Shown here: positions 45,683 to 64,000 of the stretch, piece after piece
Numbering within the stretch: the first letter of the stretch is position 1
Layout of the letters: each line of letters opens with the position of its first letter
From: the human T2T-CHM13v2.0 reference genome, Homo sapiens
Assembly (NCBI RefSeq): GCF_009914755.1
Contig: NC_060930.1
Length of the DNA stretch: 64,000 nt
Strand: one strand, 5' to 3'
Notes under the pieces: generated by a model
Databases searched by the model: none
What the model saw: only the letters and a program-made list of their open reading frames with translations
What the model was told of the DNA's origin: nothing
Translations under genes and position numbers: made by a program

Positions 45683-47181
45683 CACATACCCAAGACAAAC
45701 CTGGGCAAGAAGAATAAAGCTGGAGGCATCACGCTACCTGACTTCAAACTATACTACAAGGCTACAGTAACCAAAACAGCTTGGTACTTGTACAAAAACA
45801 GATATGTAGACCAATGGAACAGAACAGAGCCCTCAGAAATAACACCATACATCTACAACCATCTGATCTTTGACAAACCTGACACAAACAAGCAATGGGT
45901 AAAAGATTCCCTATTTAATAAGTGTTGGGAAAACTGGCTAGCCATATGCAGAAAACTGAGACTGGACCCCTTCCTTACACCTTATACGAAAATAAACTCA
46001 AGACAGATCAAAGACTTAAATGTAAGACCTAGGACCATAAAAATCCTAGAAGAAAACCTGGGCAATACCATTCAGGACAAAGGCATGGGCAAACACTTCA
46101 TGTCTAAAACACAAAAAGCAATGGCAACAAAAGTCATAATTGACAAATAGGATCTAACTAAACTAAAGAGCTTCTGCACAGTAAATGAAACTATCATCAG
46201 AGTGAACAGGCAACCTACAGAATGGGAGAAATTTTTTGCAATCTATCCATCTGACAAAGGGCTAATATGCAGAATCTACATAGAACTTAAACAAATTTAC
46301 AAGAAAAAAAACAAGCAACCCCATCAAAAAGTGGGCAAAGGATATGAACAGACACTTCTCAAAAGAAGACATTTATGCAGCCAACAGACATATGAAAAAA
46401 TGCTCATCATCACTGGTCATTAGAGAAATGCAAATCAAAACCACAATGCGATGCCATCTCACGTCAGTTAGAATGGCGATCCTTAAAAAGTCAGGAAACA
46501 ACAGATGCTGGAGAGGATGTGAAGAAACAGGAATACTTTTAGACTATTGATGGGAGTGTAAATTAGTTCAACCATTGTGGAAGACAGTGTGGTGATTCCT
46601 CAAGGATCTAGAGCTAAAACTACTATTTGACCCAACAATCCCATTACTGGATATATACCTAAAGGATTATAAATCATGCTGCTATAAAGACACATGCACA
46701 TGTATGTTTATTGTGGCACTATTCACAATAGCAAAGACTTGGAACCAACCCAAATATCCATCAATAATAGACTGGATAAAGAAAATGTGGCACATATACA
46801 CCATGGAATACTATGCAGCCATGAAAAGGGATGAGTTCATGTCCTTTGTAGGGACATGGATGAAGCTGGAAACCATTGCTCTCATCAAACTATCACAAGA
46901 AAAGACAACCAAACACCACATGTTCTCACTCATAAGTGAAAGGTGAACAATGAGAACACATGGACATAGAGAGGGGAACATCACACACTGGGGCCTGTTG
47001 TGGGGTGGGAGGCTAGGAGAGGGATAACATTAGGAGAAATACCTAATGTAGGTGACAGGTTGATAGGTGCAGCAAACCACCATCGCATGTGTATATCTAT
47101 GTAACAAAACTGCGCGTTCTGCACATGTATCCCAGAACTTAAAGTATAATAAAATAAATAAATAAATAAATGAAATAAAAA
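44447..47181 (+). mobile_element. 5'-inverted L1PA8/8A-like element: antisense 44447-45019, sense 45020-tail
   Basis: TSD gaaattgcct(a)tttcataa at 44428-44446 and 47182-47199; junction cttcctggt|atactgaatggg; RT remnant [11 protein letters not shown]; 3' UTR gggataacattaggagaaatacc. Confidence 0.95.
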
Positions 47182-47576
47182 GAAATTGCCTTTTCATAAA
47201 GTGGTCCATTTTGTTGCTAACCACTTCTAATTATTAGAAATTTTTCCCTTAAAGAAGTCAAGGTATGTTTCCTGGTATTCTTTGGTACTAGTTCTGCTTG
47301 CTAGAGCAATTCAGAATCAGGTGTATCCCATCGCAAGCATCATGTCAATATTTGAAGACAGCTGTAATGTTCTGAAGAGGGAAACCTTCTCTCCTCCCAG
47401 TTACTCACTGCTAGAACCTTCCACCAAAGAACATGCCTTCTGTACCCTTCTCCACGTTGGGCAACAATTTTTACTTTGTTGGTTTGTTTTCTAAATATAG
47501 AACCATTCCCAGGCTGAGTAGAACATTGAACCCAACATTATGTTCTACTGAACATTTTAACTGAACATGAGACTGA

Positions 47577-47911
<335 letters not shown>

Positions 47912-48237
47912 TGAGATTGACATATTTCTATAGCATTAAAACTTCATTGCATTCATTTTAATTTTGTCTGTTATTCAATAAATGTATTTTGGAAGAAAAG
48001 AAGGGGGTGCATTATAATTTATTATTGTTATACACGTATGGAAGCTGTTGGCTGAACTGGATTTATTTTGTGGAATATAATTGTTCATGTGCAGCTCAGA
48101 TTCATAATCTACAGACAACATTTGATATGTATTCCAGGTCTTCAGTGTAATTATTCAAAATAAAGAAATGGGAGATGTACACTGAACTCAGAATCCTCTA
48201 GAATTTCAAAAGTGAACATTTCAATAAGAAGCTTTCA

Positions 48238-49045
48238 TCTAGGGTTTTTATGGTTTTAGGTCTAACATTTAAATCTTTAATCCATCTTGAATTAATTTTT
48301 GTATAAGGCGTAAGGAAGGGATCCAACTTCAGCTTTCTACATATGGCTAGCCAGTTTTCCCAGCACCATTTATTAAATAGGGAATCTTTTCTCCATTGCT
48401 CGTTTTTGTCAGGTTTGTCAAAGATCAGATGGTTGTAGAGGTGTGGTATTATTTCTAAGGGCTCTGTTCTGTTCCATTGGCCTATATCTCTGTTTTGGTA
48501 CCAGTACCATGCTGTTTTGGTTACTGTAGCCTTGTAGTATAGTTTGAAGTCAGGTAGCATGATGCCCTCAGCTTTGTTCTTTTAGCTTAGGATTGTTATT
48601 GTGGCACTATTCACAATAGCAAAGACTTGGAACCAACCCAAATGTCCATCAATGATAAACTGGATTAAGAAAATGTGGCACATATACACCATGGGATACT
48701 ATGCAGCCATAAAAAAGGATGAGTTCATGTCCTTTGTAGGGACATGGATGAAGCTGGAAACCATCATTCTCAGCAAACTATCACAGGGACAAAAAAACCA
48801 AACACCGCATGTTGTCAGTCATAGGTGGGAATTGAACAATGAGAACACATGGACACAGGAAGGGGAATATCACACACCGGGGCCTGTCGAGGGGTGAGGG
48901 GCGGGGGCAGGGATAGCATTAGGAGATATACCTAATGTAAATGATGAGTTAATGGGTGCAGCACACCAACATGGCACATGTATACAAATGTAACAAACCT
49001 GCACATTGTGCACATGTACCCTAGAACGTAAAGTATAATAAAAAG
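48238..49045 (+). mobile_element. 5'-inverted L1PA5/6-like element: antisense 48238-~48596, sense ~48597-tail
   Basis: TSD agaagctttca at 48227-48237 and 49046-49056; junction cttaggattg|ttattgtggcac. Confidence 0.95.
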
Positions 49046-51519
49046 AGAAGCTTTCAGAGAAGAATTGTTATGAAGGTTTTGTACTAGTCAAAGTCTTAGA
49101 TGTAGAGATGATAATGGACTTTTTAAATTGTAAGTCTGCATGAATGGTGGTCATAAGAAAGTAGCATAAAAACCCCCCAAAGGCATTAAACATAAAGTTA
49201 ACATCTTCGTCTAAGATTTTATTTTGTTTACTATATTCTAAAGAATAAAATCTTTCTTGAATTTTAAAAAATAATAATAAAAGTGGCCTATCAGACTTGG
49301 CTTATTCTAATTCAGTGCATATTTCAAACTCCCATGATTGACTAATATTAGGTTTTTATTTAGTCACGCTGAGTTCCTTCTTTTTTGAACTCATTGAAGT
49401 GGGAGACCCATCAAAAGTTCTTACATCTGCCAATCAATTAATTTCCTCAAAGTCTTTTTTAGGAATTTTATCAGTGGCTGCTATTTTGCCTTAGGTATAA
49501 CAGTTTGATTTAGAATATATTGGAATTTAGAAGCCACGAGCCCTTCTTTTGTGCAGTGAGGAAACATCTATGAATCTGTGAAATCAGTGAATATATACTG
49601 CTTCCTTTATATTTGTTCCTTCTTGCCAGGACATTTTTTCTCATTACACAGGTTTGGAATGCCTTAAAGCATGATAATAATATAATTTGTACTGCTGTCA
49701 CATCTTCAAGTGCTTGGCAAAAGGAGGTATGTTTCAGGGACAAACTGAGTTATACCAGAAAGCAACAATACTAGTGGTAAAACCTAGCAACCAAAAATGG
49801 ATCATTTTTCAAACTTTTATAAAACATTAATGCTGCAAACAGCATTCCAAGGATTTTTAGTATAAACTAATGATAAACCTTAAGGAATCTAAAGTCATAC
49901 ACCAGCCTAAACAAAAGTAATCTCACCCATTCTTAAATCTTTTACAGGAAATATGGAGCTATAACCGTTACATTTTTGTATTTCTGCTCTTCAAATAAAA
50001 ACAAAAACTCAATCATGGAAGCTTAAATGTCCCTTGAGATGGGAGGGTAGAAAACAGACTTTGCCTCTAGGTCAACTCCTGAAATAGAGGCTTCAAATTG
50101 GTGGTCCACTGATCAGACTTAGTCCTTGTCTGTCTTTTTGTTGGGCTTGCAGCAAGACTCCAAGACTCTTAATTACTTGTAAATATTAAAACATTAGGAT
50201 ATTTCACATATAGTAGCAGATTTCTCTTCAAAAATAGAAAGATCTGGCACTGCAAATGCAACCGTCTCCTAAAGTAGCATAGGAATATAGGCTTTAGACT
50301 AAATGGGTCATTTAATTGACCATCTTTATTTATTCATCTTACCTCCCTTTCCCTAAAGGGTAAGGTAAGGGAGAAGATGTCAAAGTCAGTTACAGACTAC
50401 AATGACTATGACTGTAGGGGGAAGTTTTGGTTAGAGTTTTAGGGATGCTGATTCTGGGATGCACTAACCTGTGCATACATTTGATTGAGGGCCATCCATA
50501 ACCTACATTTATGCCCAAGAACAAGACACTTTGAGCTCACCGCAAATTTTGCAAAATTGATTTCATCTCTCCAGTATTACCTTGGATTATAAAGCCAGGT
50601 GAGAGTCTCTCCTACAGAAGGAGGCAGAAAAGGTCCCAGAGGCTTTGGCAAGCCAGGAGGAACAGTCCAAGTATGGTTGGAGATTACGGCCATAGGACAG
50701 GGGTATATATAACTATGATGGAGTGAACGCAGAAGGTAATCAGCTATGAGCAGTGTGGAGGTTAAAAGATGATACAGCAGGGGTATTATAGCAAACGCAA
50801 TGACCAAGACAGATGAGAGTGAAGGAGGGGGTGCGAGTTGAGCTGTTTAGAAACTTGGCTGCAAAAGAAAAATATGTACCGGTGGCAATTTAAGGGATGC
50901 CTGGATTAGGTTCCAAATGCCCATCTGTAAACTAAGGAATCTGGCCAGCTGAACAGCTGCACTAGCAGACTGAAACTAGACCAATCTCTTAGGTAGGCAG
51001 GAGGAAGGGCAGACAGGATAGGAAATAAGCCATCTATCTTTTCATATTTACAGTTGCACTTTCCACCCAATATTGAAGCAATACAAAAATTAGCATTTTT
51101 GTAGCCAATTACAAGTTTTCTGAAATGGTAAAACTCAATCATAACCTGCTGAATTAAACTCACAGATGAAGAAAAACAAATATTTTACTTTAAAATTGGT
51201 TTTATTTCTGAGATTTACAAACACAAAAATTACAATATGGACATTTACATTTAAATAAAATATTTTATGCGGGTGGTTGAACTGTGGCAAAGGAAACCGA
51301 GAAAAACCTGCAATTAATACTAACAATATTAGTAAAATAAATAATTATATATTATGAATAAGGTGCATAGTGTGCATTATATTATTTTATCCTTGAAACA
51401 AATTTTCAAGGCAAACATGTTATCTATAATTTACAGCTGAGGAAGGGAAAGATACGAGAGAGAGCCTGTAGAGCCAGTGAGTATTAAAGCCAGGTCTGCA
51501 ATCAAAGATGGTCTCATTC

Positions 51520-52440
51520 CTATTTCTCCACATCCTCTCCAGGATGACTTTTTAATGATCGCCATTATAACTGGCATGAGATGGTATCTCATTGCGGTTT
51601 TGATGTGCGTTTTGATGTGCATTTCTCTGATGGCCAGTGATGATGAGCATTTTTTCATGTGTTTTTTGGCTGCATAAATGTCTTCTTTTGAAAAGTGTCT
51701 GTTCATATCCTTCGCCCACTTTTTGATGGGGTTGTTTGTTTTTTTCTTGTAAATTTGTTTGAGTTCATTGTAGATTCTGGATATTAGCCCTTTGTCAGAT
51801 GAGTAGGTTGCAAAAATTTTCTCCCATACTGTAGGTTGCCTGTTCATGTGTAAGTCAGTGTGGCAATTCCTCAGGGATCTAGAACTAGAAATACCATTTG
51901 ACCCAGCCATCCCATTACGGGGTATATACCCAAAGGATTATAAATCATGCTTCTATAAAGACACAGGCACACGTGTGTTTATTGTGGAACTATTCACAAT
52001 AGCAAAGACTTGGAACCAATCTAAATGTCCAACAGCGATAGACTGGATTAAGAAAATGTGGCACATATACACCATGGAATACTATGCAGCCATAAAAAAT
52101 GATGAGTTCATGTCCTTTGTAGGGACATGGATGAAGCTGGAAACCATCATTCTCAGCAAACTATTGCAAGGACAAGAAACCAAACACCGCATGTTCTCAC
52201 TCATAGGTGGGAACTGAATGAGAACACATGGACACAGGAAGGGGAACATCACACACCAGGGACTGTTGTGGGGTGGGGGGAGGGGGGAGGGATAGCATTA
52301 GGAGATATACCTAATGCTAAATGACAAGTTAATGGTGCAGCATACCAGCATGGCACATGTATACATATGTAACAAACCTCCACGTCGTGCACATGTACCC
52401 TAAAACTTAAAGTATAATAATAATAAAATTAAAAAAAAAA
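51520..52440 (+). mobile_element. 5'-inverted L1PA4-like element: antisense 51520-51846, sense 51847-tail
   Basis: TSD aaagatg(g/a)tct(c/g)attc at 51504-51519 and 52441-52456; junction gcctgttca|tgtgtaagtcag. Confidence 0.94.
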
Positions 52441-52559
52441 AAAGATGATCTGATTCTACCACCATACAACTACATGGTGGGTTTGGTACATTAATCTATC
52501 TCAGAGGTAGTATTGTTAATTTTCATTGTTTTGTTAATATTATCAGTATATTAACATAT

Positions 52560-54912
52560 TCTTGAATATTTTAGAGCATGTTTTACAATTATTTTGAAAT
52601 AAGAATCTGTAAGCAATGACTTTTTTTATATTCCTTGCCCAACAAATCTGCCTAGGACTTTCAGTATAATTACAGAGAAAAGTGGTTAAAGGAGGCACCC
52701 TTTGTTTCATTTTTGATTTCAGAATTATTTTTTAACATTTAATCTTTAAACAAGATATTTGCTGTAGGTTTTTATGAATACCTTTAAATAGGTTACTAAT
52801 GTTTTCATTAATATTTTATTAATATTTTGCTATAGATTTTATCATAAGAGGCTATATAACTTTTTTCAATTGCTTTTACTGAAGCTAATAAGATATATAA
52901 ATTATAGTTTTACTCAGTTAATTTATCATTAAACAACTTTCATTCATATGTTAAACTATTAATATATTGATAATGGTAAATTATGTTTGTTATATATTGT
53001 TGCATTCAGTTGATTAAAATGTTGTTCAGTATATTTGTATCTGAATCCATGAGTGAGATTTCCCAGTGAATTTCCTTTTAGAATTCTCCTCATCAGGTTT
53101 TTGGAATGAAAGTTATGCAAGTCTTAAAAAAAAATGAGTTAATGAGTTTTCATTCTTTTTCTACATTCAAGAGTAGTTTTATGAGAGTAGAATCATTTGC
53201 CAGAAAGGAATTTACTAATAATTATTTAATATTACTCTTTGTGCCTAGAGTTCTCTTTGTGGAAAGAGTTTAATAATTTAATTTCTTCAATAAATATGTC
53301 TATCCATATTTTGTTTTCTTATGGTAGTTCTTTGTTATATATGTTAGTTGTATCTCTTTTATTTGTCAATTCCACATAAATATTCAAATATATTGAAGCA
53401 ATTTTTTTGCTATCTTTTTAATGTTTGCCACATCTGTATTCATGTATAATTTTTAATTCTATTTGATCTCAAGCCCTCTTTTTTATTTTCTTAGTCAATT
53501 TTTAGGAAAATTGATAATTTATGAAGCTTTTTAACGAAACTACTTTTTTCATTTTCACTGTTATACATTTGTTTTCTATGTAATTAACCTTTTCAGTTTT
53601 AATCATTTTATTACTTCTATTTTATCCATGTTTTCTTTTGGTATTTTTCTGACTCAAAATAGATAATTCAGTCACTGATTTTCTTTTTTTAAGTAAGATT
53701 TTAAGACTCCAGACTTCCACTCAGGATACTAATTTAACTGTATCCAATTTTCAATAAGTAGCATTTTAATCACTCAGTTTTGATCATTTTCCCTTTCTAA
53801 TTTATTCAGAGATTATTTGGAAATAATGTTTCTTAACATGTAAACATACATAAATTTTGTTCTATTTTAATTATGTTACAGCCAAAAAATATATTTATGA
53901 TACGAAGCTATTGAAATGTATTGACTTTATTATTCAATACAAAACCAATTTTTAAAAGTTATCTGTGACTGAAAACATTGTGAATTACACAGTTGTTGTA
54001 TATGATTTATTATTTGTGCATGAATATCTAATTGTTCCAGAAACTTTACTTGAAAAGTGTATGATTTCCCAATAAGTTGGCATATATCCTTTGTTGAAAA
54101 TCAGTAGACCTTAAATATAATGACTTATTTTTGGACTCTCAATTTAATCAGTACAGATATCTTGATCTACATGTCTAGTCTTATGTTAGTACCATACTGT
54201 CTAGATAACTACAGCTTTAAAGTGTTGGGTGTGGAGTGGAAGTCCTCCAACATTAATTTTTAAAAATTGATTACTCTAAATTATTATGTATCTTCATATA
54301 AGTATTTGGATCAGTTTGTAATTTCTATAAAAATGTCTGCTGGAATTTTGATATTATGTTGAATTTATAGATAAATTTGGGGACAATTGCCATCTTGACA
54401 TTAATGAGTCCTCCAACCCATGAATACAAAATATTCCTTCATTTATTTAAGTATTCCTTTATTTACTGTGACAATATTCTGTCACTTTCAGTGTATAAGC
54501 AATAAATTTCATTTGTACTTTGTGTTAATTTTGTTGCTACATATTTTACTCTTTTCATGCTGTTGTGAATTAAGTTGTATTCTGTATTGTTTTGGGATTG
54601 TTAATTGTGTGTAGAAACACAACTGCTAGCTTCGATTAATCGTTTCATTTTGAGATAATTGCATATTCACATGCGATTGTAAGATGTAGTATAGAGAGTT
54701 GTTTTGCCCCATCTCCCCAGTTTCCCAAATGGTTTCATTTTGCAAATTATAGTATACTATTACCATCAACATACACTGATACAGTAAAGGTACAGAAGAG
54801 TTTCGTCACCAAAAGGTAACTCATGTTGCCCAATTTTAGCCACGTCCACTTCCCTTCTCTTCCTCCTTAGCCACTAGCAACTACTAACTGTTTTCTATTG
54901 CTGTAACTTTTT
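52560..54912 (-). mobile_element. Stack of old antisense L1 fragments (L1ME/L1M ORF2; L1MC-like 3' end from ~54640)
   Basis: T-rich antisense ORF2 motifs (tagtaccatactgtc; aattgccatcttgac). Confidence 0.7.
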
Positions 54913-54919
54913 GGTAGAA

Positions 54920-59545
<4,626 letters not shown>

Positions 59546-60076
59546 CATTTTCATAATTTTTTTATTTCAAGTATATTATATAAATTGAATTGGATTATAC
59601 ATAATTTGTTGTTATTGACTTTTATCATTCATCATAATTCTGAGATTCAACCTATTTCTTGTGTTTATCAATAGTTTCTTCCTTTTTGTTGCTGAATTCT
59701 ATTTAATGTTATAGATGTACTATATTTGTTTAAGCATTTCTTATTTGTTTTTAGTTTTTGACTATTACAGGTTTTTGTATAAACATAATCTTTGTTTATC
59801 TAGATTAAGCTCAGGAGTTCAATGACTACGTCAAAGGATAGTTACATGTTTTTCTTTAGAATTTGAATTTGCCAAATTGTTTTCCAGAATGGATGTATCG
59901 TTTGACTTCCTCACAGCAATGTATAGATGATCCAGTTTCTCTTCATCTCCACCAGCACTTGGTATTGCCAGTATTTTTTGCTTTAGCCATTCTGATAGGT
60001 GTACAATGATATCTCATTATGGTTTTGGTTTGGATTTCTCTAATAATGATATTGTGCCATCATTTTATGTGCTTAC

Positions 60077-60157
60077 TAGATAGATAGATTAGAAGATAGA
60101 TGGATAGATAGATAGATGATAGATAGATAGATAGACTGATGGAAGATAGAGAGATAG
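60077..60157. repeat. Imperfect (GATA)n microsatellite
   Basis: tagatagatagat arrays. Confidence 0.92.
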
Positions 60158-62404
60158 ACCCTAGTTCTTCATATATCTGGTTTGCAAATACTCTCTCCAA
60201 GTCTGTAGCTTGTGTTTTCATTCTCTTAACAAGATCTTTCACAGTGCAAAATTTTTAATTTTGATGAAGTTCAATTAATCAATTTTTTCCTTTAATGAAT
60301 TTTGCTTTTGGTGTCAAGTCAACAATTCTTTGCTTAGTCCTAGATTCTGAAAGTGTTCTAATTTTTTCTAAAAGATTTTTAGTTTAAATTTACATGTTCA
60401 TTTTGCATTAATTTTTATACAAGGTGTGAGATGTAGGTCAAGTTTAATTTTTGTTGTTATTGTTGTTGCTTATGAATGTCCAATTGTTCTCTCACAATCT
60501 GATGAAAAAGCCACTTTTCAAAGTTCCACTGAATTGCTTTTTCATCTTGCTATGCCTGCATTGGGCAATTTTTGGCTTCTTCTTTCAAAAGTCTTGGTGT
60601 TCAAGCTCTGAGATTCTTTACGCTGTTTGATCTAGTCTATTGTTGAAGTTTATAAATATATTTTGTATTTCACTCAATGAATTCCTAAGTGTCAGTATTT
60701 GAAACTGTTTCATTGATCTATTATATCTAAATTTCCACCAATACCATACAATATTGACTACTGTAGTTATATAATACATTTTTAAAAACTGGAGAATCAT
60801 TTCTCCCACTGCATTCTTCATTTTCAAAATTGTTTCACTATTCTAGGAGTTTCTCTTGTTATCTTTTTCATATGAATTTTAGAATAATCTTATTTATACC
60901 TAAAAATAATGCTGTCATTTTGACAGAGATTTTTCTTGGATTTTTTAAAATAGGTATACCAGCTAGGGGAGAATTTAAGTCTTTATTATGTTGGGTTTTC
61001 CAAAATATAAATAGTGTGATTTTCTTTGATTTATTTCACCAGCTTTTTGTAGTATTTTTCTTTTCTGAAGGTCAGTTATATATATTTTTTGTTAGATTTA
61101 TACATATTTTATTTTTTCAGTGATTGTAAACTATTGTTAATGTTTTGTATATGTATGTTTAATGCTAGTATATAGTAATAAAATCAATTTCTATATGTTT
61201 ATCTGAGTTTTTTAAATAAGCAATGATGAATTAATTCAAATTTTTCTGCATTAATATAATCATATATTGTTTCTTTCAACTGTCAAATGGTAGATTACTT
61301 TGATTGATTTTCAAATATCAAACCAATGTTGCATCCTTGTAATAAACACCACTTACGCATGGTGTATAATTATTTTTATATATTGCTAAATTCTATTTGC
61401 TAGTATTCTTTTGAGAATCTTGAAATTATATTTATGAGAGGTATGTATCTACATTTTTTCATACCATCTTTATGTGGTTTTAGTATCAGGGTAATATTAA
61501 CTTCATAAAACCTATTGAGAAATCTTTCTTCCTCTTTTGTTTTCTTCAGGATATTGTGTAGAAATGTTAATTCTTCTTTAAATATATAGTAGAATTTTCC
61601 AGTAAAACCAACTGAGCCCAGATATTTATCATTTAAGAGATTTAAAGTTAAAAATTCCATGTCCTTATTGGTTATAAAACTATTTGAAGTTTTGTAAGTA
61701 GATATTTATTTTGTAATGGATGAGTTTTGGTGGTTTGTGCTTTTGAAAAATGGTCATTAAAAATTCATGTGTAGTGTCATCTGTAGTATTTTCATATTAT
61801 TTTGATGTCTGCTGGGCCTATAGTATTGTCCTCATTTTATTCTTGTTGTTGGTAATCTATACTTTATGTATTTTTATTTCTCAGTTGTCTTGGAAGTTTG
61901 TGTTATTCTTTCCAAAAAATGAAGTTTTTGTTATTTGCTATTGTATTCTGGTTTTTAATTTTATTAATTTCTGCTTTTTATTTTACTTCTGCTTATCTTA
62001 ATATTGCTTTGCCATTCTAATTTTAGCTCTTAGAGGAAGAAGCTTAGGTTATTGATTTTATACTTTTCCTCTTATCTAATGTATTTGGTTCTATAAATTT
62101 ATCTCTTGGCACTGCTTTAGTTGAAGTTCACAGATTTTAATATGTATTTCTAATTGAATCTTATTCCCATTTTCATTATGAATTATATTCTTTATTTCAT
62201 TTTCAGATTATTCATTGCTCATATGTAAAAGATAATTGTTTTGTTTACTTACCTTCTGCCACCTTGTTGTAGTTGCTTATTAATCCTAATAACTTCTTGT
62301 GGATTTTTAAAAAATAGTCTACAAACAAGATCACGTCATTTGCCAGTGAACACTGTTTTACTTCTTAATTCTCATTATGGGTGCCTTTTATTTCTTTTGC
62401 TTCT

Positions 62405-62690
62405 TTTTTTTTTTTTTTGAGATGGAGTCTCACTCTGTTGCCCAGGCTGGGTGGAGTGCAGTGGCGCGATCTCAGCTTACTGCAAGCTCCGCCTCCTGGG
62501 TTCGCCTTAGCCTCCTGAGTAGCTGGGACTATAGGCACTCGCCACCACGCACGGCTAATTTTTTGTATTTTTAGTAGAGACAGGGTTTCACCGTGTTAGC
62601 CAGGATGGTCTCGATCTCCTGACCTCATGATCTGCCTGCCTCGGCCTCTCAAAGTGCTGGGATTACAGGCATGAGCCACCGCGCCTGGCC
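62405..62690 (-). mobile_element. AluY with a small internal deletion
   Basis: tgcaagctccgcc; accgtgttagccaggatgg; TSD tcttttgcttct at 62393-62404 and 62691-62702. Confidence 0.93.
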
Positions 62691-63631
62691 TCTTTTGCTT
62701 CTCTTATTGCATGCAGTGAGTCTTCCAGTACAAAGTTTAATAGGAATGCAGAGAGCAAATATCTTCACCTTTTTTCTGATTTATGGGAAAGGTATTCAAT
62801 CTTTCACCATTGAGTATATTTGCTTTTTTTTTTTTTGTAAGAGCCCTTTATGTCAAGGAAGTTCTCTTCTATTCCAACTTTGTCAAGAATGTTTTTTAAA
62901 AAATTTTGTTTGTTTTTAAATCATGAATTGATATTTCATTTTGTCAAATGCTTTCTCTGTATCTATTGAGATGATTAAAACCATTTTTTTCTTTACTATA
63001 TTAATATGGTATACTACATAACTCATTTTCTGATGTTAAACTAATCTTGCATTTCTGGGATAAGTCCTAATTAGTCATACTGATAGTCTTTTTGTATATC
63101 ATTAAATTTTATTCACAGAAATTTTGTTGAATATTTTTGTCTACATTTAATAGAGTTGTCATTTTCTTTTATTGTAACGTTTATCTGCTTTTTGTATAAG
63201 GGTAATACTATTGTCACTGAATTAACTGAGAAGTGTATCTCATTTTTATTCTGAAAGAGATTGTGAAGTATTGCAATGTGTGGAGTATTGCATTATTTCT
63301 TCTTTAAATGTTTGCTAAAGTTTGCTAGTGAAACCACCTTGGCCTGAGTTTTTCTTGGTGGGAAGTTTTTTGGTTACTAATTCAATTTCTTTACCTCTGT
63401 TCTAGCTTTTTAAGGCAGTCTGAAATGTATACTTTGGTATCTCATTGTGGTTTTAATTTGCATTTCTCTAATAGATTATAATGTAGATCATCTGCTCATG
63501 TAATTATTTGCCATCACATATGTTCCTGATGCAGTGTCTGTTCATATATTTGGTCCATTGTTTATTTTTCTTATTGATGTGCTTTGATAATTATTTCTAT
63601 AGTTCAGATACAAGTTCTCTGTCAGAAATAT

Positions 63632-63999
63632 TGTATTAGTACATTTTCGCACTGCTATAACGAAATACCTGAGACTGGGTAATTTATAAAGGGAAGAGAT
63701 TTAATTGACTCACAGTTCCACATGGCTGGGAGGCCTCAGGAAACTTACAATCATGGAGGAAGGTGAAGGGGAAGCAGGCACCTTTTTCAAAAGGTGGCAG
63801 GAGGGAGTGAGAGCAAAGGAATAAAAACTGCCATGTAGAAAACTATCAGATCTCATGAGAACTCACTCATTCTCATGAGAAAAGCATAAGGAAAACCACC
63901 CACATGATCCAATTACCTCCCACCAGGTCTCTCCCTCAACACCTGGGGATTATAATTTAAGGTGAGATTTGGGTGGCAACACAAAGCCTAACCATATCA
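63632..63999 (-). mobile_element. THE1/MSTA-type MaLR LTR
   Basis: tgtattagt...gactcacagttccacatggctgg...aaccatatca. Confidence 0.92.
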
Positions 64000-64000
64000 T

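Larger units (their letters stand above)
59550..63630. mobile_element. Old L1MC/L1ME/L1M fragments, predominantly antisense
   Basis: Antisense ORF2 motifs (ttttagccattctgataggtgt; agaattttccagtaaaacc). Confidence 0.75.

Noticed and set aside
44963-46150. 395-aa ORF with a reverse transcriptase motif (FADDM) as a novel RT system
   Set aside because: It is an L1 ORF2 fragment in a truncated, inverted element; it lacks the endonuclease and the N-terminal part of RT and stops prematurely.
47518-47550. 10-bp inverted repeat agtagaacat/atgttctact
   Set aside because: Too short to interpret.

Overview
Repeat-rich, AT-rich hominid (human or great ape) genomic DNA; the young L1PA2-type and AluY elements support this assignment. 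I recognise no protein-coding gene or RNA gene. All long ORFs are LINE-1 ORF2 remnants or incidental ORFs in Alu/LTR sequence. The window is a stack of L1s, Alus, ERV/MaLR LTRs, MITEs, L2/MIR relics and microsatellites. The strongest signal concerns retrotransposition mechanism. Five of the seven primate L1PA insertions are 5'-inverted (twin-priming structure, each with its own TSD), they lie within 28 kb, and all seven have their tails on the + strand. The other two appear to carry 3' transductions, one clear and one probable. Other notable structures are an unexplained ~85-bp inverted repeat spanning 1.1 kb next to an AT-rich palindrome, a four-deep co-oriented MaLR stack with its right side missing, and an Alu with a fold-back end. 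I found no evidence of a new gene-encoded system. Subfamily names come from recalled consensus motifs and need RepeatMasker/Dfam confirmation; boundaries of old elements are approximate.
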